Below are positions 1 through 9,506 of a stretch of DNA of 64,000 bases, one piece after another. The stretch lies in NCBI GenBank assembly GCA_964291675.2, contig OZ219866.1, forward strand, positions 96,001 to 160,000. The letters run 5' to 3'. This DNA comes from Alphaproteobacteria bacterium. Lineage in GTDB: Bacteria; Pseudomonadota; Alphaproteobacteria; MPNO01. Numbering within the stretch: the first letter of the stretch is position 1; every line of letters begins with the position of its first letter. The translations under genes were made by a program, and so were the position numbers. The notes beneath the pieces were generated by a model. That model did no database searches, was not told the DNA's origin, and was given only the letters and a program-made list of their open reading frames with translations.

Positions 1-279
1 GTCGTTGCCTTCCCTGTCGGTGAAGCCGCGCGTTGCGATCCGGCCCTCGACCATCACCCGGTCGCCCTTGCGCAGCATCCTGCCAACCGCCTCCACCACG
101 GGGCCGTAGACCACGATCCTGTGCCACTCCGTTGCTTCGGCGGGGCGTCCCTCCGCGTCCGTCCACTTCTCGGTCGTGGCGAGGGTGAAGGTGGCCGCCT
201 TGCCGCCGTTCTTCAGATCCCGGATCTCCGGGTCCTTTCCGGCATGGCCCACCAGGGTCGCTCGGTTCACATTCAGCAT
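1..279 (-). CDS. ssb: Single-stranded DNA-binding protein (3' end runs off the window)
   Basis: Manual translation of the minus strand from ATG 279: MLNVNRATLVGHAGKDPEIR...TEWHRIVVYG...LRKGDRVMVEGRI, a classic SSB OB-fold. Absent from the ORF track because it is truncated. Confidence 0.93.
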   Translation of the reverse strand, partial: MLNVNRATLVGHAGKDPEIRDLKNGGKAATFTLATTEKWTDAEGRPAEATEWHRIVVYGPVVEAVGRMLRKGDRVMVEGRIATRGFTDREGND

Positions 280-282
280 GAC

Positions 283-987
283 TCAGTCCTCCTCTTCGTG
301 TCCTGTTCCCCGGATCGGGGTCCGGGGCAGGCCGGACCCCGATCCGGGATCGTCCCGGTCCTCGACCGGGACTTCCGTGATGCGCAGCCGCGGTCCCGCC
401 TGTTCGACCAGGCTCGGCGTGAAGCGGAGGCCCAACCGCGCGGCGAGGCGCCCGCCCTGGTCGAAGAAGAAAGGCCAGCCGTGGCGGCGCATCAGTTCGA
501 GCGGCCGTCCGGCGAGCAGCACGATCTTCGCGGGGCGGTCATGGGCGAGCGCCCAGGCGATCTCGGCCTCGAGCCGGCCGTCGACAAACAGCAGGTCGCG
601 GGCGAGCGTCATGCGTTCCAGCGGGTTCACCCGCGTGCCGGCCGCGGCGATGAGAACGCCGTCGGATGTACGGATGTCGCGTTCGACGCCGATGGCGGGA
701 TCGAACAGGCGGCTCCGCCGTTCCGTGGCGGGCGCGATGCCCGACACCGGGTCCGGTTCCTCCAGCTTCCGCCGGGCATTGGCGCGGGCCTCGCTTTCCA
801 GCCGCGCCAGCTCGCCCGAGCCCTGCATTTCGATCAGCCGCGCCTCGATCTGCGCCAGCAGGTCGGGCTCCGCCACCGGCCAGGTCGCGCCGCGCACGCC
901 GAGATCCGTCGCGGATGCGGGCGCGGCCAACGCCAGCGCAACCGCCACTGCCGGCGCCCACAGCCGCCGGAAGGCCGGGCGCGTCAC
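283..987 (-). CDS. traW: F-type conjugative transfer protein TraW
   Basis: C-terminal part of ORF 283..1836: signal peptide, then DLGVRGATWPVAEPDLL, FDP, GTRVNPL and FFFDQGG motifs. GTG at 987 overlaps the upstream stop (GTGA). Confidence 0.9.
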   Translation of the reverse strand: MTRPAFRRLWAPAVAVALALAAPASATDLGVRGATWPVAEPDLLAQIEARLIEMQGSGELARLESEARANARRKLEEPDPVSGIAPATERRSRLFDPAIGVERDIRTSDGVLIAAAGTRVNPLERMTLARDLLFVDGRLEAEIAWALAHDRPAKIVLLAGRPLELMRRHGWPFFFDQGGRLAARLGLRFTPSLVEQAGPRLRITEVPVEDRDDPGSGSGLPRTPIRGTGHEEED

Positions 988-1610
988 GACCGGTCTCCGG
1001 CAGCCGGGGGCGGTCCCCCGGCCGGATGCGGCAGGATCGTCGGGGCTCCGGTTTCCGCGTCCTCCGGCCCGGCCAGCGGCCCGTCGAGCCCGAGCCAGGG
1101 GATGTCGGGCATGGCGATCGCGCGCCCGAGGATGCGATCGCGCGGCACGAGGCCGATCTCCGCGTAGCGGCTGTCGTGGGAATCCGCGTGCTCGGCGGAC
1201 AGGTAGTAAAGTCCGGAAGGGATGACGCCCGGCGCGATGGCGTCCAGCGGCCGCCCGTCGAGCGCATGGCTCTTGGCCCGGCCCACCGGCTCCCCGTCCA
1301 GGAATACCGTCCGGTCTTCGCCGATCGTGACCCGCATCCCCGGCACGCCGCGCACGGTCTTGAGATACGGAACCGGCGAGCCCAGGGCTTCCGGGGGGTC
1401 GAACAGCACCCGGTCGCCGATTATCGGCGCCTCGCCGAACAGCGGGAGGGCGGCATAGCCCCACGCCCGGTCCGACCAGCTGGCGTTGACATGGATGCGC
1501 GAGGCCGCGCCCAGCCAGACGGCCGCCAGCACGACCATGACCGCGAGCCCGACATGCCGGCGGCGCGAACGGCCGGCCTTCCGCGCGAGTTGCAGACCCT
1601 GCGCGCTCAT
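984..1610 (-). CDS. S26-family conjugative transfer signal peptidase (TrhF-like, pilin maturation)
   Basis: TM helix, NASWS (Ser), YLKTVRGVPG (Lys) and SHDSRY motifs. ATG 1610 overlaps the trbI stop. Confidence 0.88.
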   Translation of the reverse strand: MSAQGLQLARKAGRSRRRHVGLAVMVVLAAVWLGAASRIHVNASWSDRAWGYAALPLFGEAPIIGDRVLFDPPEALGSPVPYLKTVRGVPGMRVTIGEDRTVFLDGEPVGRAKSHALDGRPLDAIAPGVIPSGLYYLSAEHADSHDSRYAEIGLVPRDRILGRAIAMPDIPWLGLDGPLAGPEDAETGAPTILPHPAGGPPPAAGDRS

Positions 1611-1969
1611 CGCGCCGCTCCCCGCTCCGCCAGGATCGCCGCGAGCGCGGCCTCGACCCGGGCCGTCGCGTCCGGCGCGCCGGCGGCCACGGCGCGGGCC
1701 GGCAGCAGGACCAGGCGATGACGTTCGGCCACCTGTCCGAGCGCCGCTTCGAGGGCCTCGCCCCAAGCGCGCACGTCCTCCGCGCTCTTGCCTTCGCTTG
1801 CGGCGCGCGTGGTGTAGGCCGCCGCGATCTCGGCAAGCCGCACGCCGGCGATACGCGGCGGCTCTTCCACGCCGTATCGGAGCGTCGCAGCCGCGACCGC
1901 CGCCGCCACGGCGCCCGACAGCAGCACCGCCGACACCATGACCGGCCAGCTCGACCCCTTCCGGCCCAT
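1607..1969 (-). CDS. trbI: F-type conjugative transfer protein TrbI-like
   Basis: N-terminal TM, C-terminal VLLPARAVAAGAPDAT motif, and position between traC and traW. Confidence 0.75.
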   Translation of the reverse strand: MGRKGSSWPVMVSAVLLSGAVAAAVAAATLRYGVEEPPRIAGVRLAEIAAAYTTRAASEGKSAEDVRAWGEALEAALGQVAERHRLVLLPARAVAAGAPDATARVEAALAAILAERGAAR

Positions 1970-1970
1970 G

Positions 1971-2630
1971 TCAGCCTTCGCCAGCAACTTGCCCCGGACC
2001 CGTTCCGGGGTCCGATCCGTCCGGTCGGGCAACCGCCGCGAAGCGCCGCTGCCGCTCCTCTTCCGGCCCGGCGAGCGCCCGGAAGCGGGCGAGCCAGCCG
2101 GTGGCGGCCTTGTCCGGTGGCATCGAGCGGATGCGCCGCTTCAGCGGCGGGAAGGCGACGCCGGTGCTCGCGGGGGCATCGTCCATGATGTCCCGGCGCT
2201 CGGCTGCCGCCGCCATCCGGGTGACGAACCGCAGGAGTTCCGCCTGTTCTTCCTCGAGAACGGCATCGAGCCCCGCCGCCTGGCGCACCGCGGTCTCGAT
2301 CCCGGTAGCGAGCCTTCCGGCGCGGTCCGCCGCGCGCTGCGAGTCCGGCAGGTGCCCCCGGAGCCAGGCGGACGGCGCATTCGCGACCAGCGCGTGCAGC
2401 GCGAGCCGCCGGCGGTCCTCGTCGCCAAGACCGTCGAGCGCCTCGATCTCCTCGCTGACGATCACCGCATGGGCCGCGACCGAGTGGTAGTGGCGGGTGC
2501 AGCCGCCCCGGCGGCAGGTGTTAGCGAGCACATGGGCCAGCGCCTCGAAGTCGATGTCGGCGCCCGTCACGTCCTCCGGATCGCCGGGCCAGTTGAGCGG
2601 CCGTTCGCCGCCCGGTGATTTCCGCGTCAT
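1971..2630 (-). CDS. HD-domain phosphohydrolase-like protein (YfdR/YfbR-like), catalytic HD motif degenerate
   Basis: DIDFEALAHVLANTCRRGG...HYHSVAAHAV matches the family N-terminus. The expected LLHDAxEAY reads LVANAPSAW. ATG overlaps the traC stop. Confidence 0.7.
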   Translation of the reverse strand: MTRKSPGGERPLNWPGDPEDVTGADIDFEALAHVLANTCRRGGCTRHYHSVAAHAVIVSEEIEALDGLGDEDRRRLALHALVANAPSAWLRGHLPDSQRAADRAGRLATGIETAVRQAAGLDAVLEEEQAELLRFVTRMAAAAERRDIMDDAPASTGVAFPPLKRRIRSMPPDKAATGWLARFRALAGPEEERQRRFAAVARPDGSDPGTGPGQVAGEG

Positions 2631-5160
2631 GCGCCTTCTCCCGTTTCGGATGGTTCGGAATGTCCGGCAGCGCCGGTTGCAAGCCGGTCGATGGCCTCGA
2701 CGGTCGTGAGCCCCTCGGCCTTGAGCCGCTCGACCGCCGCGAAGGCAGGGCCGCGCGACGAGAACAGCGCCACCGACCACGGATCGAGCACCAGCCGCGC
2801 CACCCGCCAGCCGTCCGGGCCGTGCAGCACCAGCTCGGCATAGCGGCCGTCCGCCGTTGTCAGGCTCTTGAGAGCGCGCTCCATGCCCGGGTCGCAGTGG
2901 ATGCGCTTCTCGGACTTCAGGAGCTCGACCGACTCGTCCTTCTGGGCGAGGAAGATCACCCAGTCCGAGTTCTCCCAGGCCGCCCGCGCCGCCGGGTTGG
3001 CGTAGTAGTCGTTGACACTCTGGGTGCCGGTGATGAGCGCGCCGCGGTATTTGCGGGCTCTTCTGGCGGCGCCTTCGAGGAATGCCTTCGAGTCCTCGCC
3101 CGACAGGAGATCCCAGGCCTCGTCGATGACGATGGCCTTCGCCCGCGTGCGGGGGCCGTGATACATGCGCTGGGTGGCGAGGAAGACCACCAGCATCAGC
3201 ACCACCGCCTGGACGTCGCCCCGGCCCTTGAGCTCGGCGAGTTCGAACACGGTGAGCGCGTTCTCCAGGTCGGGGACGTTCGAGCCCGCGAACAGCCGGC
3301 CCATGGCGCCGCCAGGACACCAGGGGCCCAGCGTGGTCGCCATGTCGGCGGCACGGCGGTCGTCCCGCTTCGCGAGATGGCCCCGCACCGTGCCGAGATC
3401 GGCGTCGTTGCCGGCCTCGTCCCAGGCCGCCGCGATGGCCTCCGCGATCAGCGCCGCCTCGATGTCGTCGATGGAACCCCGGCGCCGGGCCATGCGGCCG
3501 ATGACGCTGGCCAGCATGGCGAAGCACTCTTCCCTGTAGTCGCCGTCATGCTCGGCAGTGCCTGAGTCGATCATGGCGAAGGGATTGAGGCAGGCCGGGT
3601 CCTTGCCGAAGGCGATGAACGCTCCCTCCAGGGCTTCGGCCGTGTGCTGGAACGACCGGCCGTCGTCGATCACCACGGCCTCGCCGCCGGCGCCGATCAG
3701 CCCGGTGACCAGCTCCTGCATCAGCACCGACTTTCCGGAGCCCGACTTGCCGGTGACGGCGACGTTGTAGTTGCCGGCCTCGTTGGCGAAGGGCGACCAG
3801 CAGGCCGGCTGGCCGCGCCGCCCGATCAGGAACAGCGCCGGCGGGTTGTCCGGGTTCGCCGGCTGTCCCCGCCACTCGCCGTGCAGCGGGGCGAGGTTGA
3901 CCGCGCTCGACGTCAGCAGCGTCTTCATCCGGCCCATGCGTTCGAGATCGGCGTCGAGGCCCCCGGCCGAGCCATGGGGAGGCACGCCAGCCAGGAGGGA
4001 AGCTGCACGTAGCGCTCGGCGTTCACCCGCCAGCCCTGGCCGTGATAGATCGCGCGGACCGCCTGCTCGGCCTCGTCGAGCGCGTCCAGCGGCGCGTAGA
4101 CCGCGGCCATGTAGCAGGCCCGCACCAGCTTCTCGCCGTCCTTGATCCGGTCGGTGACCGCCTGCCAGTCGCGCGCCTTCTCGGGCAGGCCGGGGAGATA
4201 CTTGGCGATGCCGGTGCCGGCCTGTTGCGTCGCGCGGGCGGACTTGAGGAACGCCTTTTCGCCCGCCGCCTCGTCGCCGGTGACGACGGTGAGGCAGGTG
4301 AGCACCGGGCAGCCCGGTTGCAGAAAGTCGCGGTGGAAGTCGCCGATCAGGGCATTGCCGCGCCAGCCCGGCCAGACCTCCGGGAAGGCGATGGCGCTGA
4401 GCACCCGCACCGCAATGTCCTGCCCGTCCGGGTGATGGAAGGCGAGGCCCGTGGGATGGACCGAGAGCGCCCGCCCGGGGGCGATGCACTGTTCGTGGAG
4501 CGGGTCGCGCGGCGCCCAGCGGCGCGGCGGCCGTTCGGTGCCGCCGTCACGATGGCCGCCGATGTCGGGGCTGGTGAGCTCCGCCGCGAGCGAGAGCAAC
4601 CCATCGGGCTCCAGCCGCCGTATCTGCGCGCCGGCCGAGGCCAGCGTCCCCTCCAGCGCCCGGCGGAACGCGCCGAGCGCGGTCTCGGAAGCCGGGCCGG
4701 GCGGCCCGGCCAGGCTGGCGGTGACGAACACCCGGTAGTCGGCCAGCGTGAAGGGCGGCCCGCCCGAATGCAGGCGGCGCCAGCCGCCGGAGGCGAGCAG
4801 GGCGCGTCGCCCGGTTTCCATGCGGGCGAGCGCGCCGCCGCCGTCGCTTCGGGGTTCCGACCAGCTCCGCGCTGCCGCCCCGAACCTTGGGCTCGCCCAG
4901 TGGACGACCTGGACCGTGCAGCGTTCGGGCGCGGCGTCGGCCAGCGTGCCCGCCAGCGCGCCCAGCGTCTCGGCGTCGATGCCGGCGAAGGGCGGCAGCT
5001 CGACCACGAACCCGGTGCTGGCCGCGTTGACGTAGAGCTCGCTGGACTCGTCCCAGGCGCGCCAGGGCAGAAGCGCGTGCAGCTCGGCCGACATCGCCGG
5101 CGGCGACCAGGGTCCCGGCGCCTCCGGACCCTCGAACAGCTCCAGCAGGCGGCGGATCAC
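2627..5160 (-). CDS. traC: TraC (VirB4-family ATPase), split by a 1-nt frameshift near 3972
   Basis: ORF 3925..5160 (N-half) plus ORF 2627..4489 (Walker A GKSGSGKS, IDEAW, ARKY). The span is 2534 nt (3n-1); adding one G in ATG-G(G)C-TCG restores ...CLPMGSAGGLDAD.... Confidence 0.88.
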
Positions 5161-5843
5161 TCGACCCTCCAGCCCGCGGGCTCCAGCACGACCCGGACCC
5201 AGGCGGCCTCGCGGTACACCCCGTCCGCATCGACGAAGGGCGCGATCCAGATCCGCGCGACGACCTCCTCGGTGCGCAGATCGTCGGCGTCGGGGTCTTC
5301 CTGCGCAGACTCGCTCCGCACGCGGCCGGGATCGGCCGGAAGGGCGGCGGCTGCCGGTTCTTCCAGACGCGCAGCGTCCGGTCCCTCCGGGTGAGCCGAC
5401 GAGGCCGCCGTGTCCGTCTCCCGCGCGGTGCGGGCCGCTGGCGCGTCCCTCTCCGCGGCGGCACGCGCCGGTTCCGGCTCGCCGGCGGTGGCTCGCTCGC
5501 CGCCGCCATCATTGCCGTCACCGAACAGCCGCGCGAGCCAGGCGAGGGGATCGAACCCGCCGCATTCGGCCTCGCAGGACCGGCCCGCCCCCGGCGGCGC
5601 TCCGGGCGCCCGCTCCGCGTGGGGCCGCCAGAGCGGCTCGCGCAGCACGGTGTTCTCCCCGGCGGCCGGGTCCGGCACCGCCGGGTCGGCCTCCGCCACG
5701 CTGCCGCAGGACCCGCCCTTCGGCAGCGGGCACTGCCACTCGTCGCCCACATGGGTCGCCGCGCAGCCGGCGAGCAGCAGCGCGGCCAGCGCGGCGGCCG
5801 GGACCCCGGCCCGGCGCGGCGCAGGTGTCTTCGGATGCGTCAT
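5157..5843 (-). CDS. traV: TraV lipoprotein
   Basis: Lipobox LLAGC, Cys pair WQCPLPKGGSC, C-terminal RIWIAPFVDADG...W. Confidence 0.88.
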   Translation of the reverse strand: MTHPKTPAPRRAGVPAAALAALLLAGCAATHVGDEWQCPLPKGGSCGSVAEADPAVPDPAAGENTVLREPLWRPHAERAPGAPPGAGRSCEAECGGFDPLAWLARLFGDGNDGGGERATAGEPEPARAAAERDAPAARTARETDTAASSAHPEGPDAARLEEPAAAALPADPGRVRSESAQEDPDADDLRTEEVVARIWIAPFVDADGVYREAAWVRVVLEPAGWRVE

Positions 5844-5844
5844 C

Positions 5845-7113
5845 TCACTCTCCCTTGCGTGCCGTCAGGACGGGGCCGCGGCCGTCGATGCGGGCGCCCT
5901 CGAGGAACACCAGCGTCACCCGCGTCCCGGCCTGGAGCTGGATCACCGGCTGGTACTGCTCGGCGCGGCGGATCATGTAGTCGGCGACCTTCTGCCCGGC
6001 GGTGCCCGCGCCGGCGCCGAGACCGGCCCGCCCGATGTCGCTCAATCCCGTGTTCGCGACGGCGGCGCCGGTCCCGGTCGCCACCGCCTGGGGCTGGAAC
6101 GCCTGCGCCACCCCCTGGCCGAGGCCCGAGACCATGCCGGCGAGAAACGCCTTCTCCACGAGCGCGCCCTCGCGGCTCACGACGGGCCCGCGCACCCCGG
6201 TCTTGCCCGAGCCCGCGACGAACCCGGCGACGTCGGTTTCGACCACCGTGCCGGACTCAGGGCCGGCGCAGGTCATGGTGCGGAAGCGCACATAGACCTT
6301 CTCCGAGGAGAGGTCGCCGTGGGCGGCGCCGGTCACGGTGCAGCCCTCGACGTCGACTGCCAGGGCCGTCCCGTCCTCGGCGGCGGTCCAGGCAGGGCCG
6401 GTGATGCGCATGAGCACCGGGCGGGGATCGCCCTGGGAGGAGACCCCGGCCGAGGCGTCGACCCCGGCCAGCACCACCGCCTCGGCATGGGCGCCGGCCG
6501 GCAGCCACACCGAGACCGGCTTCGCCACCGCATCGGCGACCATCTCCGCGCCGCTGCGGGGGTCGTGCACCGACGACTGCGGCGCGCCTTCCAGCTCGAA
6601 GGTCTCGATCATCCGCCCCGGGAGCGGCGCCGCCGGTTGCGGCTGCCCGCCCGCCGGCGGCGCGTCGCCCTGCACCCGGAAATACTCGCCCGACCCCGGC
6701 GCGGCGCCCGGCGGCGGTTCCACGCCGCGCCGCAGCTCGTCGATGACCACCGCCTGGCGGTCGATGACGGAACGCGCGTCGGCGGCGTCCGCCTCGAGCC
6801 GGGCGCGCAGCCGCTCGTTGTCGGCGCGGAGCGTGCGCGCCTCCTGGCGCAGCTCGCGGAGCTGCGTCTCGATCCCCCCGAGCCTGGCCTCGGAGCGCCG
6901 CGTCCAGACCTTCTCGGCGGCGTCCGGTCCGGCGATCTCCGCCTCGATGCCGCCTCGCGGCGCGCGCTCCCCGCCGCCGCCCATGCCGAGCCAGGCGGCG
7001 AGACCGAGCAGCAGCACGGCCGCAACGACGGAGAACAGAAGCAGCTGGCGCCGCCTCACCGCCCCGGCGTCGCCGGGGTCCGCGCCGGTGCGGAAGTTCC
7101 GGCCCGCGCTCAC
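5845..7113 (-). CDS. traB: TraB (VirB10-like) pilus assembly protein
   Basis: TM and coiled coil, then GVDAS, GDLSSEKV, GVRGPVVSREG, ADYMIRRAEQYQPVI motifs. GTG 7113 overlaps the traK stop. Confidence 0.92.
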   Translation of the reverse strand: MSAGRNFRTGADPGDAGAVRRRQLLLFSVVAAVLLLGLAAWLGMGGGGERAPRGGIEAEIAGPDAAEKVWTRRSEARLGGIETQLRELRQEARTLRADNERLRARLEADAADARSVIDRQAVVIDELRRGVEPPPGAAPGSGEYFRVQGDAPPAGGQPQPAAPLPGRMIETFELEGAPQSSVHDPRSGAEMVADAVAKPVSVWLPAGAHAEAVVLAGVDASAGVSSQGDPRPVLMRITGPAWTAAEDGTALAVDVEGCTVTGAAHGDLSSEKVYVRFRTMTCAGPESGTVVETDVAGFVAGSGKTGVRGPVVSREGALVEKAFLAGMVSGLGQGVAQAFQPQAVATGTGAAVANTGLSDIGRAGLGAGAGTAGQKVADYMIRRAEQYQPVIQLQAGTRVTLVFLEGARIDGRGPVLTARKGE

Positions 7114-7865
7114 AGCGGCTCTCCCGCAACGGACTCGACGACCGCCACGCCGAGCCGTCCGCTCTTCGGTCCGGTGCCGGGCTCCGCCAGCCACAGCGCG
7201 GCGACTCGCCAGACACCGGGAATGCCGCCGATGGTCCCGGCGAGGCCCGCGGCGCCCTCCGCACCCTTGGGCGCCGGACGCGCGGCCTCGAACACGAGCG
7301 CCGCCAAGCGCGGACCCCGCCAGGTCTCGATGAAGCTCAGTCCGGCAGGCGCCGCTGCGCTCGCCGCATGGATGGAATATCCCGGCAGCGGCTCGCGCCG
7401 GGCGACGGCGCGCACCAGCCGCACCAGCGCCGCGACATGGGCACCGCCCGCCGATGCCGGGGCCACCGCCGCCGCGCCCGGCAATGCATTCGCGTTCCGG
7501 ATCAGGATCTGCGCCGAGTCCCGCGCCGAGGGCGTCAGGGTCAGACGGTAGGTGAAGCCCTTCTCGGTGCCGACGAAGAGCGTCACGGGGTTCCGGTCCG
7601 CGGAACCCCGGCCGGCAGGCCTCAGATAGAGGTCGCCCGAAACGGCGTCGTGCTCGACCGCAAACCCGTCCGGCGCGCGCACCGCCTTCGCGATCCGATC
7701 GCCGTGAAGCGCGATCCGGTTCACATGCGTCGCGGAGATCTCCGCCCGCAGCTCGGCATGGTCGGCCGCGTCGAGAATCTGCATCGCAAGCGCCGGCCCG
7801 GGCGCCGCGAGGACAAGGTGTATCGCAAGCAGCAGCCCGAGCCGCCGTTGGTGGGTGCGTGTCAT
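7110..7865 (-). CDS. traK: TraK (secretin-like) protein
   Basis: Signal peptide, ISATHVNRI, GDLYLRP, TLFVGTEKGFTY; lies between traE and traB. Confidence 0.85.
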   Translation of the reverse strand: MTRTHQRRLGLLLAIHLVLAAPGPALAMQILDAADHAELRAEISATHVNRIALHGDRIAKAVRAPDGFAVEHDAVSGDLYLRPAGRGSADRNPVTLFVGTEKGFTYRLTLTPSARDSAQILIRNANALPGAAAVAPASAGGAHVAALVRLVRAVARREPLPGYSIHAASAAAPAGLSFIETWRGPRLAALVFEAARPAPKGAEGAAGLAGTIGGIPGVWRVAALWLAEPGTGPKSGRLGVAVVESVAGEPL

Positions 7866-8434
7866 CGTTCACTCTCCATTTGTTCGAAGCGCAGGAGCCC
7901 GATCCGGCCCGCGTCGATGCGGAAGGCGAGCCGGTAGCGCCGGTCCTCGCGCGCGGCCTCTTCGCGGCCGATCCAGGTCACCAGCTCGCCCGCGACCTCG
8001 ACGCTGAGCCGTCCGGGGTCGGCGGTAATCTCCGCGGGGTAGAAGGCGCTCGCCATGTCGCGCCCCGCCATGCGCGCAGCCTCGGCCTCGACCCAGGCGC
8101 CGATCGCGCCCCTGGCCGATGCATGGCTCATCCGCGCCGCCGCGCTGCGCACGTGGGCCGCGTTCTCCGGGGTGAGCGTGAGCAGCGTCACCGTGACGGT
8201 GCGCGCCACGTCCTCCAGGTAGCGCGCGCCCGCGAGCCCGGCGCCGGCACCGCCGCCGCCGATCTCCCAGGCCGGCCCGGCCGTGGCCGGGACCAGCACG
8301 GTGACCGTCTCGCGTCCGGCGAACCCCACGGTGAGCGCCAGGTTCGCCGCCATCGACAGGATCAGCAGCCCGGCCAGTGCCAGGCGGACGTCCCGCACCC
8401 GGCGGATGGCGGAGTCCATGTCGGTGCGCCTCAT
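7862..8434 (-). CDS. traE: TraE conjugative transfer protein
   Basis: N-terminal TM, TVLVP, YLEDVA...LTLTPEN, SAFYP motifs; operon position. Confidence 0.88.
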   Translation of the reverse strand: MRRTDMDSAIRRVRDVRLALAGLLILSMAANLALTVGFAGRETVTVLVPATAGPAWEIGGGGAGAGLAGARYLEDVARTVTVTLLTLTPENAAHVRSAAARMSHASARGAIGAWVEAEAARMAGRDMASAFYPAEITADPGRLSVEVAGELVTWIGREEAAREDRRYRLAFRIDAGRIGLLRFEQMESER

Positions 8435-8441
8435 CGCCGCC

Positions 8442-8750
8442 TCACCCGGCGAACCGGCGCAGATGGCTCGGCGGCGTCGCCTTGAGACGCAGCACGAAGT
8501 CCGGCAGAAACCAGTAGAGCGCGTAGCGCGCGATGTTGGCCCCGCCGCCGCGCTTCATCCGGCGCAGCAGCAGCCAGCCCCCGACGCCGGCAATGAGCCC
8601 CGCCACGAACTGGTTCGCGGCCAGCCCGAGCAGGGCCGGGCCCATCAGCGCCGCCGCCTCGTCGACGGTCCAGAACAGCCAGCGCTCCGGATCGTCGAGC
8701 CGGCGGGGAATGACATGGCGGGCGGTGTCGTTCATCGCACGCCCCGTCAC
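8442..8750 (-). CDS. traL: TraL conjugative transfer protein
   Basis: IPRRLDDPERWLFWTVDE...YWFLP signature. Confidence 0.92.
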   Translation of the reverse strand: MTGRAMNDTARHVIPRRLDDPERWLFWTVDEAAALMGPALLGLAANQFVAGLIAGVGGWLLLRRMKRGGGANIARYALYWFLPDFVLRLKATPPSHLRRFAG

Positions 8751-9061
8751 ACGATCGCCGTGCCGACCAGGCCGGTGACGATGCCGACGCCCGCGCCCGC
8801 GGCGATGCCGACGCCGACCGCGCCCATCAGCTGCATCGCGTTGAAGCGCAGCACCGAACCGACCAGCGCGGCGCCGACGGCGAGCGCCGCGGCGAGCTGG
8901 CCGCCGGTGCCGCCGACGATGTTCTCCACCGTGTCCAGCGGCGCGCCGAAGGTCGTGTCGGTGGTCGCCAGCGCCGCGTCCGCGCCGGCCAGCACCGCAA
9001 GCGCCGCGAGCGCCGCCGCCCCGAGGGCCGCGCGCATCCGTCCCCGCGCCCGGCCCCTCAT
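8747..9061 (-). CDS. traA: Conjugative pilin (TraA-like)
   Basis: 104 aa: signal peptide plus two hydrophobic helices, directly upstream of traL. ATG 9061 overlaps the stop of the HTH gene. Confidence 0.8.
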   Translation of the reverse strand: MRGRARGRMRAALGAAALAALAVLAGADAALATTDTTFGAPLDTVENIVGGTGGQLAAALAVGAALVGSVLRFNAMQLMGAVGVGIAAGAGVGIVTGLVGTAIV

Positions 9062-9339
9062 CGCTCCGCTCTCCCCGGCTCGGAATCCTGCCCTCCAGGT
9101 TCGGGGGCCGGGGCGGGCGCCGGCCCGGGCCGCGGACCCGAGCCGTCGTCCGAGGTCGAACGCCGCCGCCGGGTCTTCGACCAGTGGTCGAGGTCCTCGG
9201 CCAGGTAGCGCACCGCCGTGCCGAACAGGTGGTACACCGGCCCGCCGCCCGTCACCCGGTAGCGGTCGAGCGTGCGCGCCGACAGGCCGAGATGCTCCGC
9301 CGCCCGGCGCGTCGACAGGTACTTGCTCCCGTCCGCCAT
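9058..9339 (-). CDS. Excisionase / recombination directionality factor-like HTH protein (RdfS/AlpA-like)
   Basis: YLSTRRAAEHLGLSARTLDRYRVTGGGPVY...VRYLAEDLDHW...RRSTSD. GGAGA SD upstream; first gene of the tra operon. Confidence 0.88.
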   Translation of the reverse strand: MADGSKYLSTRRAAEHLGLSARTLDRYRVTGGGPVYHLFGTAVRYLAEDLDHWSKTRRRRSTSDDGSGPRPGPAPAPAPEPGGQDSEPGRAER

Positions 9340-9427
9340 CTCCGTCTCCTTCTCCGAACTCCCCGGCGCCGCGCGGTCGCGGGCGCATGTGCGGGGCCAT
9401 CCAAGCGAAGACGGGCGCGCGGCGGCA

Positions 9428-9456
9428 GGGAGAAAAACAGGGCCGGAAATTCTCCC
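9428..9456. promoter_or_regulatory. Inverted repeat GGGAGAA-N15-TTCTCCC, candidate activator (FseA-type) box
   Basis: Perfect 7-bp arms about 90 bp upstream of the excisionase-like ATG. Confidence 0.55.
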
Positions 9457-9466
9457 CCCGGCAGGC

Positions 9467-9506
9467 GGCGCCTCACGGCGCCTCCCGCCGTCTGACGGTG
9501 CCTGAC
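9467..9506. repeat. Four tandem degenerate 10-mers (GGCGCCTCAC, GGCGCCTCCC, GCCGTCTGAC, GGTGCCTGAC)
   Basis: Read directly from the sequence; helical-turn periodicity. Confidence 0.5.
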
